Below are positions 1 through 10,752 of a stretch of 64,000 nt of DNA, piece after piece. Each line of letters starts with the position of its first letter. Within the stretch, counting starts at the first letter, position 1. The notes under the pieces were generated by a model. The model was given only the letters and a program-made list of their open reading frames with translations. It made no database searches and had not been told where the DNA came from. A program made the position numbers and the translations under genes. The DNA is from a bacterium (GTDB lineage: Bacteria; Patescibacteriota; Saccharimonadia; Saccharimonadales; SZUA-47), in contig JAUHWW010000002.1 in the NCBI GenBank assembly GCA_030427365.1, positions 48-64,047 of the forward strand, written 5' to 3'.

Positions 1-330
1 CACGACCAATTCTGGTAAAACAAGTCTCCTCTCGTGCTCAAATCTCGATGTTGTGTTGGTTAAATGTGGTTCCTTTTCGTAAGTTCTGCTCAGTGCTACA
101 TCAATTCCAAAAACTTCGCGATGAAAAAATTCCCAAATTTCATAGTTCCAAACAGTGTCTTCTTGTGCTCTCACAGCGGCCATTTGCGCAAGTCGGGCAC
201 GTGTCTCGTCGTCATATTCTGGAGCCTTTATGACTGCTTTTTTAACCGGCATCCACAGCGCTGCCTCGTCCAATAGTTCTGGCTCCAGCTCTTCCTGTGG
301 TATTTCGGTTATTTCTGGTTTTTTCCACAT
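1..330 (-). CDS. hypothetical protein, N-terminal part only (runs off the window edge)
   Basis: Hand translation of the minus strand. ATG at 330-328 directly follows the recA stop (TAAATG). 110 codons stay open to position 1 (MWKKPEITEIPQEELEPELL...). It is absent from the ORF track because no stop lies in the window. Confidence 0.45.
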   Translation of the reverse strand, partial: MWKKPEITEIPQEELEPELLDEAALWMPVKKAVIKAPEYDDETRARLAQMAAVRAQEDTVWNYEIWEFFHREVFGIDVALSRTYEKEPHLTNTTSRFEHERRLVLPELVV

Positions 331-1362
331 TTACTCTTCGCTCACAGTCCTAACTTTTTTGTCGATTTCTTTCAGAACTTTTGGATTGTCTTTGAGATAC
401 TGCTTAGCGGCTTCGCGGCCTTGGGCGACATTTTCGCCGTTATAGGCAAACCACGCACCAGACTTCTCGACAATACCCTTTTCAGTCGCGAGATCGAGTA
501 TGTCTCCTTCGGTTGAAATACCCTGGTTGTACATAATGTCGAACTCGGCTTGGCGGAACGGCGGTGCTATCTTGTTTTTCACGACCTTGACCCGCACACG
601 GTTACCAATGACGTCATCTCCGACCTTAATCTGTGACGTGCGGCGAATATCCATGCGAACGCTGGCATAGAATTTCAGTGCATTTCCGCCGGTCGTGGTC
701 TCGGGATTACCAAACATAACGCCAATCTTCATACGCAATTGGTTGATGAATACAACCGTACACTTGCTGCGGCTAATAATACCGGTCAGCTTGCGGAGGG
801 CCTGGCTCATCAAACGGGCCTGCAGACCCATATGTGAATCACCCATATCACCTTCGATTTCCGCTTGCGGCACCAGCGCAGCAACAGAGTCAACGACAAC
901 GATATCAACAGCATTAGAGCGCACCAGTGTCTCAACGATTTCGAGACTTTGCTCGCCGCTATCAGGCTGGCTGACCAGCAGCTTCTCGATATCGACGCCG
1001 AGTCGTTTGGCATACGCTGGATCAAGTGCGTGCTCAGCATCGATGAATGCCGCCACGCCGCCTTGCTTTTGCACTTCAGCTACCGCATGCAGTGTCAAAG
1101 TAGTTTTACCGCTACTTTCTGGGCCGTAAATTTCAATAATGCGTCCCTTCGGAATGCCGCCGCCAAGTGCAAGATCAAGCGATACGCTACCTGTTGGAAT
1201 CGTCTCAACGTCTATTTTATTATCACCGCTTAGATTCATTATTGAACCTTTACCGAACTGCTTTTCGATCTGATCCATTGCCAGATTTAGCGCTTTTGAC
1301 TTGCCCTCCTCATCTGTCCCTCTCGTTCCCATGCCCTTTACTGCTTTTTCCTTTTTTGCCAT
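331..1362 (-). CDS. recA: recombinase RecA
   Basis: 343 aa. Walker [10 protein letters not shown] and the typical RecA core ([23 protein letters not shown]). Confidence 0.97.
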   Translation of the reverse strand: MAKKEKAVKGMGTRGTDEEGKSKALNLAMDQIEKQFGKGSIMNLSGDNKIDVETIPTGSVSLDLALGGGIPKGRIIEIYGPESSGKTTLTLHAVAEVQKQGGVAAFIDAEHALDPAYAKRLGVDIEKLLVSQPDSGEQSLEIVETLVRSNAVDIVVVDSVAALVPQAEIEGDMGDSHMGLQARLMSQALRKLTGIISRSKCTVVFINQLRMKIGVMFGNPETTTGGNALKFYASVRMDIRRTSQIKVGDDVIGNRVRVKVVKNKIAPPFRQAEFDIMYNQGISTEGDILDLATEKGIVEKSGAWFAYNGENVAQGREAAKQYLKDNPKVLKEIDKKVRTVSEE

Positions 1363-1563
1363 CGTATACCCTCCGATAGTAGTTTACATGTTAATGATTT
1401 ACGCGTTTATTTTTATGCTTACACGATAACGTGACATACCATCATTAATCAACAACATGTTAAGCATTACTACATCTAACTTGCGTTCACTCACTGAGCG
1501 CATCCGTGGTAAAATGACGCTAACGGTTATTCATAGGAGTGGGCACAGCAGCCAAAAACAGAT

Positions 1564-3327
1564 ATGCACATCGCTGAAGAAACACTGATCGATATTCTTA
1601 AAAACAGCAAATCTCTCGATGACGATAAAGTCAGTGAGCTCGTTGAGCAAGCAAAGAATGAAAAAATTGATCTTCAAGAATTGGTCGTTAAACAGAACGT
1701 TCTCAGTGACACTGAGTTAACAAAAGCTTACGCTGAAGAGATTGGCGTGCCTTTCGTCGAGCTTAATATAAAGGAGCTCAACAAAGAGGTTCTGCAGCAA
1801 CTTCCCGAACATATTGCCAAGCTATACAACATGGTTGTCTATGAAGGGTCAATCGATGACAAAGCGGCTGTCCGAAAAGTCGCAATGGAAGATCCTGATG
1901 ATTTGCAAGCCGTGGATGTGCTGCATAAATTATTCGGTCAAAGCCTTGAAATCTCTATCGCGCCACATTTCAATATTCTCGCTGCGCTCGACGCTTACCG
2001 CGGCAATATTGGCAGCGAGATTGATAAAATCGTCACAGACGATGATCCAGAGCCCGACGAAGAAGGTGAAGTTTCTGAGGAAGATATCGCTGAAGACTCC
2101 CCTATTGCCCAAACGGTAAATCTGCTTTTGGAATACGCGATTAAGTCCGGTGCAAGTGATATTCACATTGAACCTCGAAACAAACAAGTGCTTGTGCGCT
2201 ACCGTGTTGACGGTGTGCTTAAAGAAGCCAATCGACTGCCGAAGCGTACACTGGCTGCATTGGTCTCACGTATCAAAATCTTGAGTAATCTAAAAATTGA
2301 CGAACGGCGCGCGCCGCAAGATGGGCGTTTCAAAATCAACATGAATGGCCGCGTTTTCGCATTCCGCGTCTCTACCCTGCCAATTACCGAGGGTGAAAAA
2401 GTCGTTATGCGTGTATTGGATGAATCAAGCGAGCCGCTGTCGCTTGAAACGCTTGGCTTTTGGGGTAAAGCACTTGAAGATATCAAAGCCGCGAGCAGGC
2501 AGCCACATGGCATGATCCTGGTCACAGGGCCAACCGGATCAGGAAAATCAACCACGCTACACAGCGTCCTGCACATCCTCAACAAACCGGATGTGAACAT
2601 TTCTACGATTGAAGATCCAGTTGAATACAAGCTCGAAGGAGTCAATCAAACGCAGGTGAATCCAGTCGCCGGCATGACCTTTGTTGCCGGGCTCAGGGCG
2701 CTGCTCCGCCAAGACCCAAATATCATCATGGTTGGTGAGATTCGAGACGGCGAGACGGCTGGTCTTGCCGTGCAAGCTGCCCTCACAGGCCACCTCGTCT
2801 TCTCTACGCTCCACACGAACAATGCCGCGACCTGTTTACCGCGTTTGCTTGATATGAATATTGAACCGTTCCTTATCGCCAGCGTCGTGCGCGTCGTTAT
2901 CGGACAACGTCTCGTGCGGCGCTTGCAGGCTGAGGATTGTGAAGAATATGCGCCTGATGAGAAGGAAAAGAAAGAGATAGAGCGAGTGTTCGGTCTAAAG
3001 AGCAAGGCCGACTGGGATCAAGTATTCGAGCTTGCAAACGCGGCTCGTGAACATTTTGGCCAAGAAAAAAGTACCAAGCTAACCCTCTGGCGACCAAAAT
3101 CTGATCTCAGCGAAAACAAAACCGGCTATAAAGGCCGAATGGGTATTTATGAGGTGCTCGCGAACGAGGAAGAAATCCAAAAGCTTATCGTCGCCAATGG
3201 TACCGCCGATGAAATTCAGACTGAGGCCATCAATAAAGGTATGGTCACCATGCAGCTAGATGGACTCATTAAAGCTATGATCGGCATGACATCGATAGAA
3301 GAAATCCTAAGGGTGACCCGTGAGTAA
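1564..3327 (+). CDS. pilB: type IV pilus assembly ATPase PilB (GspE family)
   Basis: 587 aa. N-terminal T2SSE_N-like region, Walker A GPTGSGKST, IIMVGEIRD Walker B region. First gene of the pilus operon. Confidence 0.9.
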   Translation: MHIAEETLIDILKNSKSLDDDKVSELVEQAKNEKIDLQELVVKQNVLSDTELTKAYAEEIGVPFVELNIKELNKEVLQQLPEHIAKLYNMVVYEGSIDDKAAVRKVAMEDPDDLQAVDVLHKLFGQSLEISIAPHFNILAALDAYRGNIGSEIDKIVTDDDPEPDEEGEVSEEDIAEDSPIAQTVNLLLEYAIKSGASDIHIEPRNKQVLVRYRVDGVLKEANRLPKRTLAALVSRIKILSNLKIDERRAPQDGRFKINMNGRVFAFRVSTLPITEGEKVVMRVLDESSEPLSLETLGFWGKALEDIKAASRQPHGMILVTGPTGSGKSTTLHSVLHILNKPDVNISTIEDPVEYKLEGVNQTQVNPVAGMTFVAGLRALLRQDPNIIMVGEIRDGETAGLAVQAALTGHLVFSTLHTNNAATCLPRLLDMNIEPFLIASVVRVVIGQRLVRRLQAEDCEEYAPDEKEKKEIERVFGLKSKADWDQVFELANAAREHFGQEKSTKLTLWRPKSDLSENKTGYKGRMGIYEVLANEEEIQKLIVANGTADEIQTEAINKGMVTMQLDGLIKAMIGMTSIEEILRVTRE

Positions 3328-4537
3328 GTTCGAATACACCGCTACAGGTGAAGACAATAAACAGCACTCGGGAACGCTTGATGCAGCTGACGAAAATGCA
3401 GCCCGCACAGCATTGATACGTCTCAAACTTAAGCCAGTCGTCATCAAAGAGCTGAAGAAAAAAGGTGGCTTTAGCATGGAGATTAGCTTCTTAACCAGTA
3501 AAAAGGTAAAGAAGAAAGATCTCGTTGTATTTACGCGGCAATTAGCGACCATGATCAACGCAGGCGTGCCCCTAGTCAGATCACTCGCGACAATGCAGAA
3601 ACAGACTGACAGCGAGCAGCTACAGAAACGGCTAGCTTCGATCAGCAAAGATGTTGAGAGTGGTACTGCGTTTGCAGACGCACTGGAAAAACATGAAGAC
3701 GTATTCGGACCGATTTATGTCAACATGGTTCGCGCTGGTGAGGCTGGCGGCATCTTGGACGAAATCCTCAAAAAACTCGCTACGCAGCAGGAAAAAGACG
3801 CTGCTTTGAAAGCGAAATTTAAAAGCGCTATGACGTACCCAATGGTGCTTGTCAGCATCACGGTGCTAGTATTTATCGCGCTTATGACATTTGTCGTGCC
3901 CACGATCGGTTCGATTGTCGGCGATCTCTCAGGCGGCGAATTACCAACTATGACGAAAGTTCTACTAAAAGTCAGTGACATCATGGTGACCTATTGGTGG
4001 TTGGAGCTTCTTATCGTCTTTGGGGGCGGTTTTTATCTGTTTCGCTTTTTGCGCACTACCCGAGGGCGACAAGTAAAAGACCGCCTGCTACTACGCATTC
4101 CTGGCATCAAAATCATTGTCATTAAAATGGCCGTTGCTCGCTTTGCTCGAATCTTTGCAAGTCTGATGACCGCCGGTGTGACAGTACTTGACTCAATCGA
4201 AATTACGGCAAAAGCGATCGGCAATACCGTTATTGAAAAAGAGCTGATGCAGGCCGCCAAGCAAGTGGCAAACGGAGAACAGTTCTCTGAGCCACTTTCA
4301 AAAAGTTCTGTATTCCCTCCTATCGTGAGCCAGATGTTATCAATTGGAGAAGAAACCGGTCAGACCGATACAGTCCTCTTAAAAGTTGCTGATTTCTATG
4401 AAGAAGAGGTTGACGCAGCCGCTGATAGTTTAAGCTCCATCCTCGAGCCAATTATGATTGTCGTTATGGGCGCTATGGTGGGTGTTATCGCCGCTAGTGT
4501 GCTTGGCCCTATCAGCAGCTTGTCTCAGAATATCTAG
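3320..4537 (+). CDS. pilC: type IV pilus platform protein PilC (GspF family)
   Basis: 405 aa with two T2SSF-like repeats and hydrophobic segments. GTG start overlaps the pilB stop. Confidence 0.9.
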   Translation: MSKFEYTATGEDNKQHSGTLDAADENAARTALIRLKLKPVVIKELKKKGGFSMEISFLTSKKVKKKDLVVFTRQLATMINAGVPLVRSLATMQKQTDSEQLQKRLASISKDVESGTAFADALEKHEDVFGPIYVNMVRAGEAGGILDEILKKLATQQEKDAALKAKFKSAMTYPMVLVSITVLVFIALMTFVVPTIGSIVGDLSGGELPTMTKVLLKVSDIMVTYWWLELLIVFGGGFYLFRFLRTTRGRQVKDRLLLRIPGIKIIVIKMAVARFARIFASLMTAGVTVLDSIEITAKAIGNTVIEKELMQAAKQVANGEQFSEPLSKSSVFPPIVSQMLSIGEETGQTDTVLLKVADFYEEEVDAAADSLSSILEPIMIVVMGAMVGVIAASVLGPISSLSQNI

Positions 4538-4557
4538 TTTTTTGACGCAAAAAACGC

Positions 4558-4586
4558 TTGACTTCTACCCTACTTCATAAGATACT
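4558..4586 (+). promoter_or_regulatory. candidate sigma70-type promoter for the pilin gene
   Basis: TTGACT (4558-4563), 17-nt spacer, GATACT (4581-4586), about 65 nt upstream of the pilin ATG. Confidence 0.4.
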
Positions 4587-4651
4587 CGTAACCATAAGCT
4601 CGATAAAAAGCGGGTTTTACCTATATAACAACAATTAGGAGGTGGGCTCCA

Positions 4652-5125
4652 ATGACCCAAATCAAAAATAAAATGCAGGCCGGTTTCACAATCATCGAGC
4701 TCTTGATCGTGATTGCTATTATCGGTATTCTTGCAACGCTTGTTCTTACGAACTTCCAAGGTGCTCAAGCACGAGGCCGCGACACTGTCCGAAACAGTGA
4801 CATCAACGCAGTCTTCACAAAACTCGAAGAGTACTACACAAACAACCAGAACCAGTATCCTGTTGGGACTGCTGTGACATCAGCTAGCGCAACAACGACA
4901 TTCCCAGGTATTGATCCACAATCACTCGTTGATGAGGATGGCGATGATATTTCAGTGACATACACTGACTCAACCACAGCGCCAACACCTGACCCAGACA
5001 CAGACACCGAGTATATCTTGGCGTTCTACGGCTCAGGCTGTGACAACACCGCACCATGTGACAAGTATGTACTTGCAACATTCCAAGAGACTGGCGCAGA
5101 CATACTCAAGAACAGCTTGAACTAG
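4652..5125 (+). CDS. pilA: type IV (major) pilin
   Basis: Class III signal MTQIKNKMQAG/FTIIELLIVIAIIGILA with G-1, F+1, E+5. C-terminal Cys pair CDNTAPC. AGGAGG RBS upstream. Confidence 0.85.
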   Translation: MTQIKNKMQAGFTIIELLIVIAIIGILATLVLTNFQGAQARGRDTVRNSDINAVFTKLEEYYTNNQNQYPVGTAVTSASATTTFPGIDPQSLVDEDGDDISVTYTDSTTAPTPDPDTDTEYILAFYGSGCDNTAPCDKYVLATFQETGADILKNSLN

Positions 5126-5142
5126 CCAGTTCTAAGCGACTC

Positions 5143-5176
5143 AAAAAACACCCCACTTTTTCCTGGGGTGTTTTTA
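5143..5176 (+). terminator. intrinsic terminator after the pilin gene
   Basis: ACACCCCA / TGGGGTGT stem with an 8-nt loop, followed by TTTTTAT. Confidence 0.7.
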
Positions 5177-5240
5177 TGTTTCGGGCATATCTGATGCTAT
5201 ACTTTAAGCATAACCAATAATAGATAAAGAACAGTAGCAA

Positions 5241-6308
5241 GTGGGCATATTCTATAAAGACAAACCAGTGTTCGGCCTTGACATCGGTCGAAGCTCAATT
5301 AAGGTCATGCAGTTCAGCCGCACGAATAAGCAGACCCAGGTCACCGCTTACGGCTCTGCTACCTTTGACCCGGCCGCACTCAAAGACGGAGTAATTGTTG
5401 ATCACGAAGCCTTTGTAAAGGCTGCCCATAAGCTACTGCAAGAAGGCCTTATCGGCAATATCACCACTTCACATGTTGCGGTCAGTCTGCCAAACTCACA
5501 TAGCTTTAGCCGCGTTTTGACACTGCCGAAAATGGACGACGCTGATATCGCCAATTCGGTGAAGCTTGAGGTCGATCAGTCTATACCGATGCCGATCGAT
5601 GAGTTGTATTACGATTACAGTGTTGTCCAGGAATCATCTGAGGGAGATCGTGAAGTGCAAGTTGTTGCCTCTCCAAGAGCAATTGTTGACTCGTATTTTG
5701 AAGCGTTCCGTCTGCTTGGACTAGATGTGGCGCTCATTGAGCCAAATATCTCTGCGGTTACTCGCATCGTCATGCATGCGGAAGAACATGCTGTTGCAAC
5801 TCTGATTGTTGATATCGGTTCAACCGCGTGTGATCTAACGGTGTACGACGGACAAGCGGTGCGCGTCACGGGCACTGTTGATTGTTCAAGTGAAAAAATA
5901 ACTGACAACATCGCAAAAGCACTTAGTGTTGACCGAGCAAAAGCACAAAATATCAAAACTCGTTATGGATTAGAGGTAAGTAAAAAGCAGAAAGAAATCG
6001 TAGAAGCGGCTAAACCAGAACTCAATAAACTCGTAAACGAAATTCGGAAAGTGATGCGTTATTTTGCCGACAAAGGTCGCGAAGGCAGTGGCAAACCTAT
6101 CGGTCAGATTATCATCCTCGGTGGTGGTGCAAACTTGCCAGGGCTCAGTACGCATCTGACAGATCGCACGCGCGTGCCTACTCGACTTTGTGCACCCTGG
6201 AATAATGTCGACTTTGGTCGTCTGCAACCACCGCATGAACTTGAAAGCACCCTCTATACAACAGCGAGCGGACTTGGTCTCGTCAACATCAAGGAGCTTG
6301 GCTCATGA
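5241..6308 (+). CDS. pilM: type IV pilus assembly protein PilM (actin-like ATPase fold)
   Basis: 355 aa. FGLDIGRSSIKV N-terminus and IILGGGANLPGL motif, typical of PilM/FtsA-like proteins. GTG start. Confidence 0.85.
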   Translation: MGIFYKDKPVFGLDIGRSSIKVMQFSRTNKQTQVTAYGSATFDPAALKDGVIVDHEAFVKAAHKLLQEGLIGNITTSHVAVSLPNSHSFSRVLTLPKMDDADIANSVKLEVDQSIPMPIDELYYDYSVVQESSEGDREVQVVASPRAIVDSYFEAFRLLGLDVALIEPNISAVTRIVMHAEEHAVATLIVDIGSTACDLTVYDGQAVRVTGTVDCSSEKITDNIAKALSVDRAKAQNIKTRYGLEVSKKQKEIVEAAKPELNKLVNEIRKVMRYFADKGREGSGKPIGQIIILGGGANLPGLSTHLTDRTRVPTRLCAPWNNVDFGRLQPPHELESTLYTTASGLGLVNIKELGS

Positions 6309-6940
6309 TTAACCTCATTCCTACCAAGGTAAAACAGATGCGCCAGTACGGTCGTCTTAATCGGCTACTGCTGAAGGTGCTGACTGGTATCTCGGTGATT
6401 GGCGTGGCTGCGACACTGGTCATGCTCTCCGGGTTACAACTAACCAGAAACGACGAGAAATTACTTGATGAGATCATCGCTTCAAAAACAGCTCTTTATG
6501 AAAACAGCAAAATCTATGAGTCTCAGGCAAGCGAGCTCAAAGGTGACCTTGCAACAATACGAAAAGTATTTGATCGCGAAGTGCAGCTATCAAAACTACT
6601 TGTAGAAATTGCCAGTGCAATCCCCGTTAACGTCGAACTAACCAGTCTCTCCCTTACCGGAAATAACACCGCACCGCTGCAGATAACGGCACGTGCAAAT
6701 ACCCAAGAGCTGGCTGGTACGTTGCGCCGTAACTTAGTCGATTCAGGCGTATTTGAAGCTGCTGATATTCAATCTGTTACATTGCAGTCAAGCGAAAACG
6801 GACCAGACACATATAGCGTTTCCATCCTCGCCACTTTGACAGGCGCCGCAGAGCAGTTGCGTCAAGAAAAGGCAGCTGCACAGGCTGAAGCGGCAGCCCA
6901 AGCGGCCCAACAAGCAGAAAATGCACAAGGACAAGAATAA
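6305..6940 (+). CDS. pilN: PilN-like bitopic pilus alignment protein
   Basis: 211 aa. MINLIP N-terminus, one TM, coiled region. ATGA overlap with pilM. Ala/Gln-rich tail. Confidence 0.7.
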   Translation: MINLIPTKVKQMRQYGRLNRLLLKVLTGISVIGVAATLVMLSGLQLTRNDEKLLDEIIASKTALYENSKIYESQASELKGDLATIRKVFDREVQLSKLLVEIASAIPVNVELTSLSLTGNNTAPLQITARANTQELAGTLRRNLVDSGVFEAADIQSVTLQSSENGPDTYSVSILATLTGAAEQLRQEKAAAQAEAAAQAAQQAENAQGQE

Positions 6941-7518
6941 TGAAGCGTCTTTCCCTCACACCAAAAACCGCGTTCTATGGCCTACTCGGCGCACTCGGCA
7001 TCGTACTTCTTGGTGTCGGCTTCATGCTGAACTGGGCAAATGGTCAGCTGCAAGTGCAGGCAGAATCCATCGCTGAAAAGCGTATCGAATCTGAAACGCT
7101 CGAGCGACAAACAGCACAGGCACAACTTTACAAACAAGAGCTTGAAGAACTCGGCGAACTAACTGATGTTGTGGATGCAGTGTTGCCAAACAGTAAATCT
7201 CAAGAAAACATTGTCGGTGAGCTTATCGATATAGCTGCGAAACGTGGCTTGCAACTAGAGAATATTTCGTTCGGCGGGAGTGCTGACGCACAGAACCCAG
7301 AGACTTCTCAAACTGAAAGGGTCGATGGCCTCGCTGGCGTGTTCTCACTCGTCGTGCAAACCCAGATTGAGACAGACTACGAAAACGTTCTGCAGTTCCT
7401 AGAAGACCTCGAAAACAACCGCCGACAGTTTGAAGTGACCAGCCTGTCTATCGCACCGCGTGAGGACGGTGTTAATTTCACCGCAACATTAGCAATAACC
7501 ACCTACATCAAGCCATGA
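6940..7518 (+). CDS. pilO: PilO-like pilus alignment protein
   Basis: 192 aa. N-terminal TM, coiled coil, then an alpha/beta domain. Start overlaps the pilN stop (TAATG). Confidence 0.65.
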   Translation: MKRLSLTPKTAFYGLLGALGIVLLGVGFMLNWANGQLQVQAESIAEKRIESETLERQTAQAQLYKQELEELGELTDVVDAVLPNSKSQENIVGELIDIAAKRGLQLENISFGGSADAQNPETSQTERVDGLAGVFSLVVQTQIETDYENVLQFLEDLENNRRQFEVTSLSIAPREDGVNFTATLAITTYIKP

Positions 7519-8399
7519 AAAGTCTAAAAAACCCACTCGAATCGATCACTCCAAAAAAAATCGCTGATGGCTCATTGCGTATTCTCAGAGATCACACGCC
7601 AGTAGTTCTGACTGTTTTGGCGGCAGGATTGATCGGCTTTGCCCTTTACAGCGTTAGTACACTCACGAGCGATACTTCACAGCAAGTATCACAAGCAGAG
7701 AACGGCACGTTCGAACAGCCAATCACAGGTCTCAACATAGATGAGGATTTAAAGCGGTCCTTAGAATCGTTGAGTGAAGACAGCGACGTTGTTATCTCTA
7801 GTAACATTGCGAGCTACCGTCGAAGCGCGTTCAGTAACGTCACTGCAGAGAGTGACTGGGTACTTAGCGCCGCTCGAGCACTCGAAGATTATTTCGACCA
7901 AAACGAGGCCTACCCTAGAGAAGATCAAATCGTGAGTGTGCTGCGTGATGCCGTCGTGAATCCAGAAGATGCAGGAGGTCGGCTCGTGAACACTGAAGCC
8001 AGTGTATATAGATACCAGCCATCGATTTGCAACGAAACAGGCTGTCAATCATTTAGCCTGAGCGAGAATCTCGGATCGTCAACCTACCAACTTGGAGAAC
8101 GTGACATCGTGAGGCGAACCTGGGTTAACGACACAGCAGAAGCGCTTGCGGCCTATCAAGCTGCAAGTGGTAGCGGCGTGTACCCAACAGAGAAGGAATT
8201 TGTCAGTGACATGAAGGCTTTCTACGAAGCGACGTTTGATCAGCCATTCGAGCCGAATGATCCTCGCGGCAATGAAGTAAATAACGATAACAGCACTTAT
8301 AGTTACATCGGAGTGAACTGCACGTTGAGCGGGTGTCAGAACTTTGTATTGCGCACAACGTTCAATGATGGCGCCCTCTACTTCCAGCAAAGTAACTAG
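7515..8399 (+). CDS. membrane-anchored protein with two tandem pilin-like globular domains (last gene of the pilus operon)
   Basis: 294 aa with one TM (VVLTVLAAGLIGFALYSV). Two internal repeats each carry A.AL..Y......YP ... Y.Y ... C...GCQ.F.L, the same pattern as the pilin C-terminal domain. ATGA overlap with pilO. Confidence 0.5.
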   Translation: MKSLKNPLESITPKKIADGSLRILRDHTPVVLTVLAAGLIGFALYSVSTLTSDTSQQVSQAENGTFEQPITGLNIDEDLKRSLESLSEDSDVVISSNIASYRRSAFSNVTAESDWVLSAARALEDYFDQNEAYPREDQIVSVLRDAVVNPEDAGGRLVNTEASVYRYQPSICNETGCQSFSLSENLGSSTYQLGERDIVRRTWVNDTAEALAAYQAASGSGVYPTEKEFVSDMKAFYEATFDQPFEPNDPRGNEVNNDNSTYSYIGVNCTLSGCQNFVLRTTFNDGALYFQQSN

Positions 8400-8401
8400 T
8401 T

Positions 8402-9046
8402 TTATCGAGAATTAATGAGGTGCTCGCTTGGGCTGTCTTTCGCTGAGTGATTGAGTACTTCACGGCCGAATGGCTGAACGGTCTTGCGCTTTTCATGTAC
8501 GGCGTTCTTTTTCATCTGACCGAGTAATTTTTCACGACCATCAAGAATAATCTTGGCGTAATACCCAGGGCGAGGACAGTAGGTAAAGCGGAAATTAGCT
8601 TGCTCACCAGCTGTCTCGATTGTTAGAACACCGAATCCAAACATCGTTGCCAAAAAACCATCCTCAGTCGCCGTCACGTCCTCAACGCTGTAGAGATTGA
8701 GCTGTGACGTTTTGCGAGTAAATAAGCCGCTCTGGAGCACTTGGGTGATGTTGCGATCAGTAATAATCAGGCGATTCTGCTTGTAGATGAATGTACCTGC
8801 AAAGATAACAATTAATGCAAAAATAAATACCAAACCGCCGAATATACTTGCCAGAAGAAATGCCTGGTCGAGATCGCCGACGAGTGCCGGTAGTAAAAAG
8901 AACGGCAACACGGCTGCAATCGTCATGCCAACAATAACCTGCGCGTACAGCGCCACAAGCCCAAAACCATGCTTCTGCACTTCGCTGAGCTTTACTTCGT
9001 CGGCATCTACGGCTGACATTATGTTGTTTTTTGTACGATGAACCAT
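8402..9046 (-). CDS. bacterial PH-domain (YdbT/bPH_2-like) membrane protein
   Basis: 214 aa. Two TM helices followed by NRLIITDRNITQV...GVLTIETAG, typical of bPH_2. Confidence 0.6.
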   Translation of the reverse strand: MVHRTKNNIMSAVDADEVKLSEVQKHGFGLVALYAQVIVGMTIAAVLPFFLLPALVGDLDQAFLLASIFGGLVFIFALIVIFAGTFIYKQNRLIITDRNITQVLQSGLFTRKTSQLNLYSVEDVTATEDGFLATMFGFGVLTIETAGEQANFRFTYCPRPGYYAKIILDGREKLLGQMKKNAVHEKRKTVQPFGREVLNHSAKDSPSEHLINSR

Positions 9047-9055
9047 TGGAGTGTA

Positions 9056-10114
9056 TTATAGCAGCTTTTCTTGAGGTGAGCTGTCATCTTTATCACGTAA
9101 ATGCTGTGATTTCCCGAGGTGCTTGTATGCCTTGTTTGTTGCTTTACGTCCACGCGGTGTGCGCTCTAAGAATCCAATCTGCATCAAATACGGCTCATAA
9201 AAGTCCTCAACGGTGCTAATCTCATCACCAAGAACTGCAGCTAAGGTGTTGAGGCCAACAGGGCCGCCGCCGTGATTGTCAATAATTGCCGCCAGCAACA
9301 TCCTGTCAGCCGGATCGAGACCATGCTCATCGACCTCTAATAGTTCTAGCGCACTGCTGGTGACAACAGCATCGATAATACCGTCTCCATTCACATCAGC
9401 ATAGTCGCGTACACGCTTTAGAAGCCTATTAGCAATACGCGGCGTCAGGCGTGAACGTACTGCCAGGCTATTTGCTGCGTCTTGCTTTATGTCTGTGTCA
9501 AGTAACTTTGCTGAGCGTTGCACGATCTTGGCAATTTCCTCCGGGTTGTAGTATTCCAGTCGGTGTAGCATGCCGAAGCGGTCACGAAGTGGTGCTGCTA
9601 GAGCGCCAGTTCGAGTCGTAGCGCCAATCAGTGTGAACTTTGGGACATCGAGCCGCAGTGAACGTGCGCTTGGCCCTTTGCCAAGCATAATATCAATCGC
9701 GTAATCTTCCATCGCGGAATACAGCACTTCTTCAACTGATCGGTTGAGGCGATGAATTTCATCGATGAACAACACGTCACCATCGCCAAGGTTTGTCAGG
9801 ATACTTGCCAAATCCGCCGCGCGATCAATTGCTGGGCCACTCGTCACACGTATTTGAGCACCCATTTCGCGGGCAATAATATTCGCAAGTGTTGTTTTCC
9901 CAAGTCCAGGCGGCCCATAAAGCAGGATATGATCAAGCGGCTCACCACGCTTTTTTGCCGCATCAATTGAGACTTTTAGCACCTTTTTTATGCGATCTTG
10001 CCCCACATAATCTTGGAATGAGGTTGGGCGCAAAATATTCTCAATGCGCTGCTCATCCTGCGAATTCTCATCCGCCTCGTCAAGTTCTGGGTTTACAATC
10101 CGCTCAATCGCCAT
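9056..10114 (-). CDS. ruvB: Holliday junction helicase RuvB
   Basis: 352 aa. AAA+ Walker [10 protein letters not shown], Walker B FIDEIHRL, RuvB C-terminal winged helix. Confidence 0.97.
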   Translation of the reverse strand: MAIERIVNPELDEADENSQDEQRIENILRPTSFQDYVGQDRIKKVLKVSIDAAKKRGEPLDHILLYGPPGLGKTTLANIIAREMGAQIRVTSGPAIDRAADLASILTNLGDGDVLFIDEIHRLNRSVEEVLYSAMEDYAIDIMLGKGPSARSLRLDVPKFTLIGATTRTGALAAPLRDRFGMLHRLEYYNPEEIAKIVQRSAKLLDTDIKQDAANSLAVRSRLTPRIANRLLKRVRDYADVNGDGIIDAVVTSSALELLEVDEHGLDPADRMLLAAIIDNHGGGPVGLNTLAAVLGDEISTVEDFYEPYLMQIGFLERTPRGRKATNKAYKHLGKSQHLRDKDDSSPQEKLL

Positions 10115-10686
10115 TATCTTGACCTTAATGCGTGTTTTATACGCTCATTTGTTGGGAGTGACTGATCAACGCCTCGCAGCATTTCAGCCGCGTCTTGGGG
10201 GCTATGACCAAGGGCGACGAGGGCTTCAACCGCTTCATCGGTGCTCGCCGCGTCGCCTAAGAAGTCAGTTGCGTCGTCGCTTGCTTCTAAACCAACCTTG
10301 TTCTTCAGATCAACAACTGCTCGTTCAGCGACTTTTTTACCAACGCCCTTAGCTGCGGTAATGAATTTTGTATCGCCTGATGCGATTGCACTACGCACCT
10401 GGCCTTCGGAGCCTATGTTCAAAATTGCCATGGCTGCTTTTGGCCCAATGCCATTCACGCTCGTCAGCAAGTCGAATAGCATCTTGCGAGACTTTCCAGA
10501 AAACCCAAACAGATCGTGTGCATCCTCTTTTATATGTTCAGCGATAAATAGATCAGCAGGCGAGCCAACCGGCAGCTTTGACTGCTCATCCACAGGAATC
10601 AGCACGCCGTAGCCAATGCCATTACAGTCAACAACAATGCTGTTACCATCGTGCTCTATCACTTGCCCTCGAAGTCTTGCAATCAT
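10114..10686 (-). CDS. ruvA: Holliday junction DNA-binding protein RuvA
   Basis: 190 aa. MIARLRG N-terminus, HhH motifs ([18 protein letters not shown]). Overlaps the ruvB start. Confidence 0.93.
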   Translation of the reverse strand: MIARLRGQVIEHDGNSIVVDCNGIGYGVLIPVDEQSKLPVGSPADLFIAEHIKEDAHDLFGFSGKSRKMLFDLLTSVNGIGPKAAMAILNIGSEGQVRSAIASGDTKFITAAKGVGKKVAERAVVDLKNKVGLEASDDATDFLGDAASTDEAVEALVALGHSPQDAAEMLRGVDQSLPTNERIKHALRSR

Positions 10687-10752
10687 TCTAGAGTTATTTT
10701 ACAGGAATTACCCAGCACATCACAGTAACAGCGATAGATTGCGAAAGCGGAT

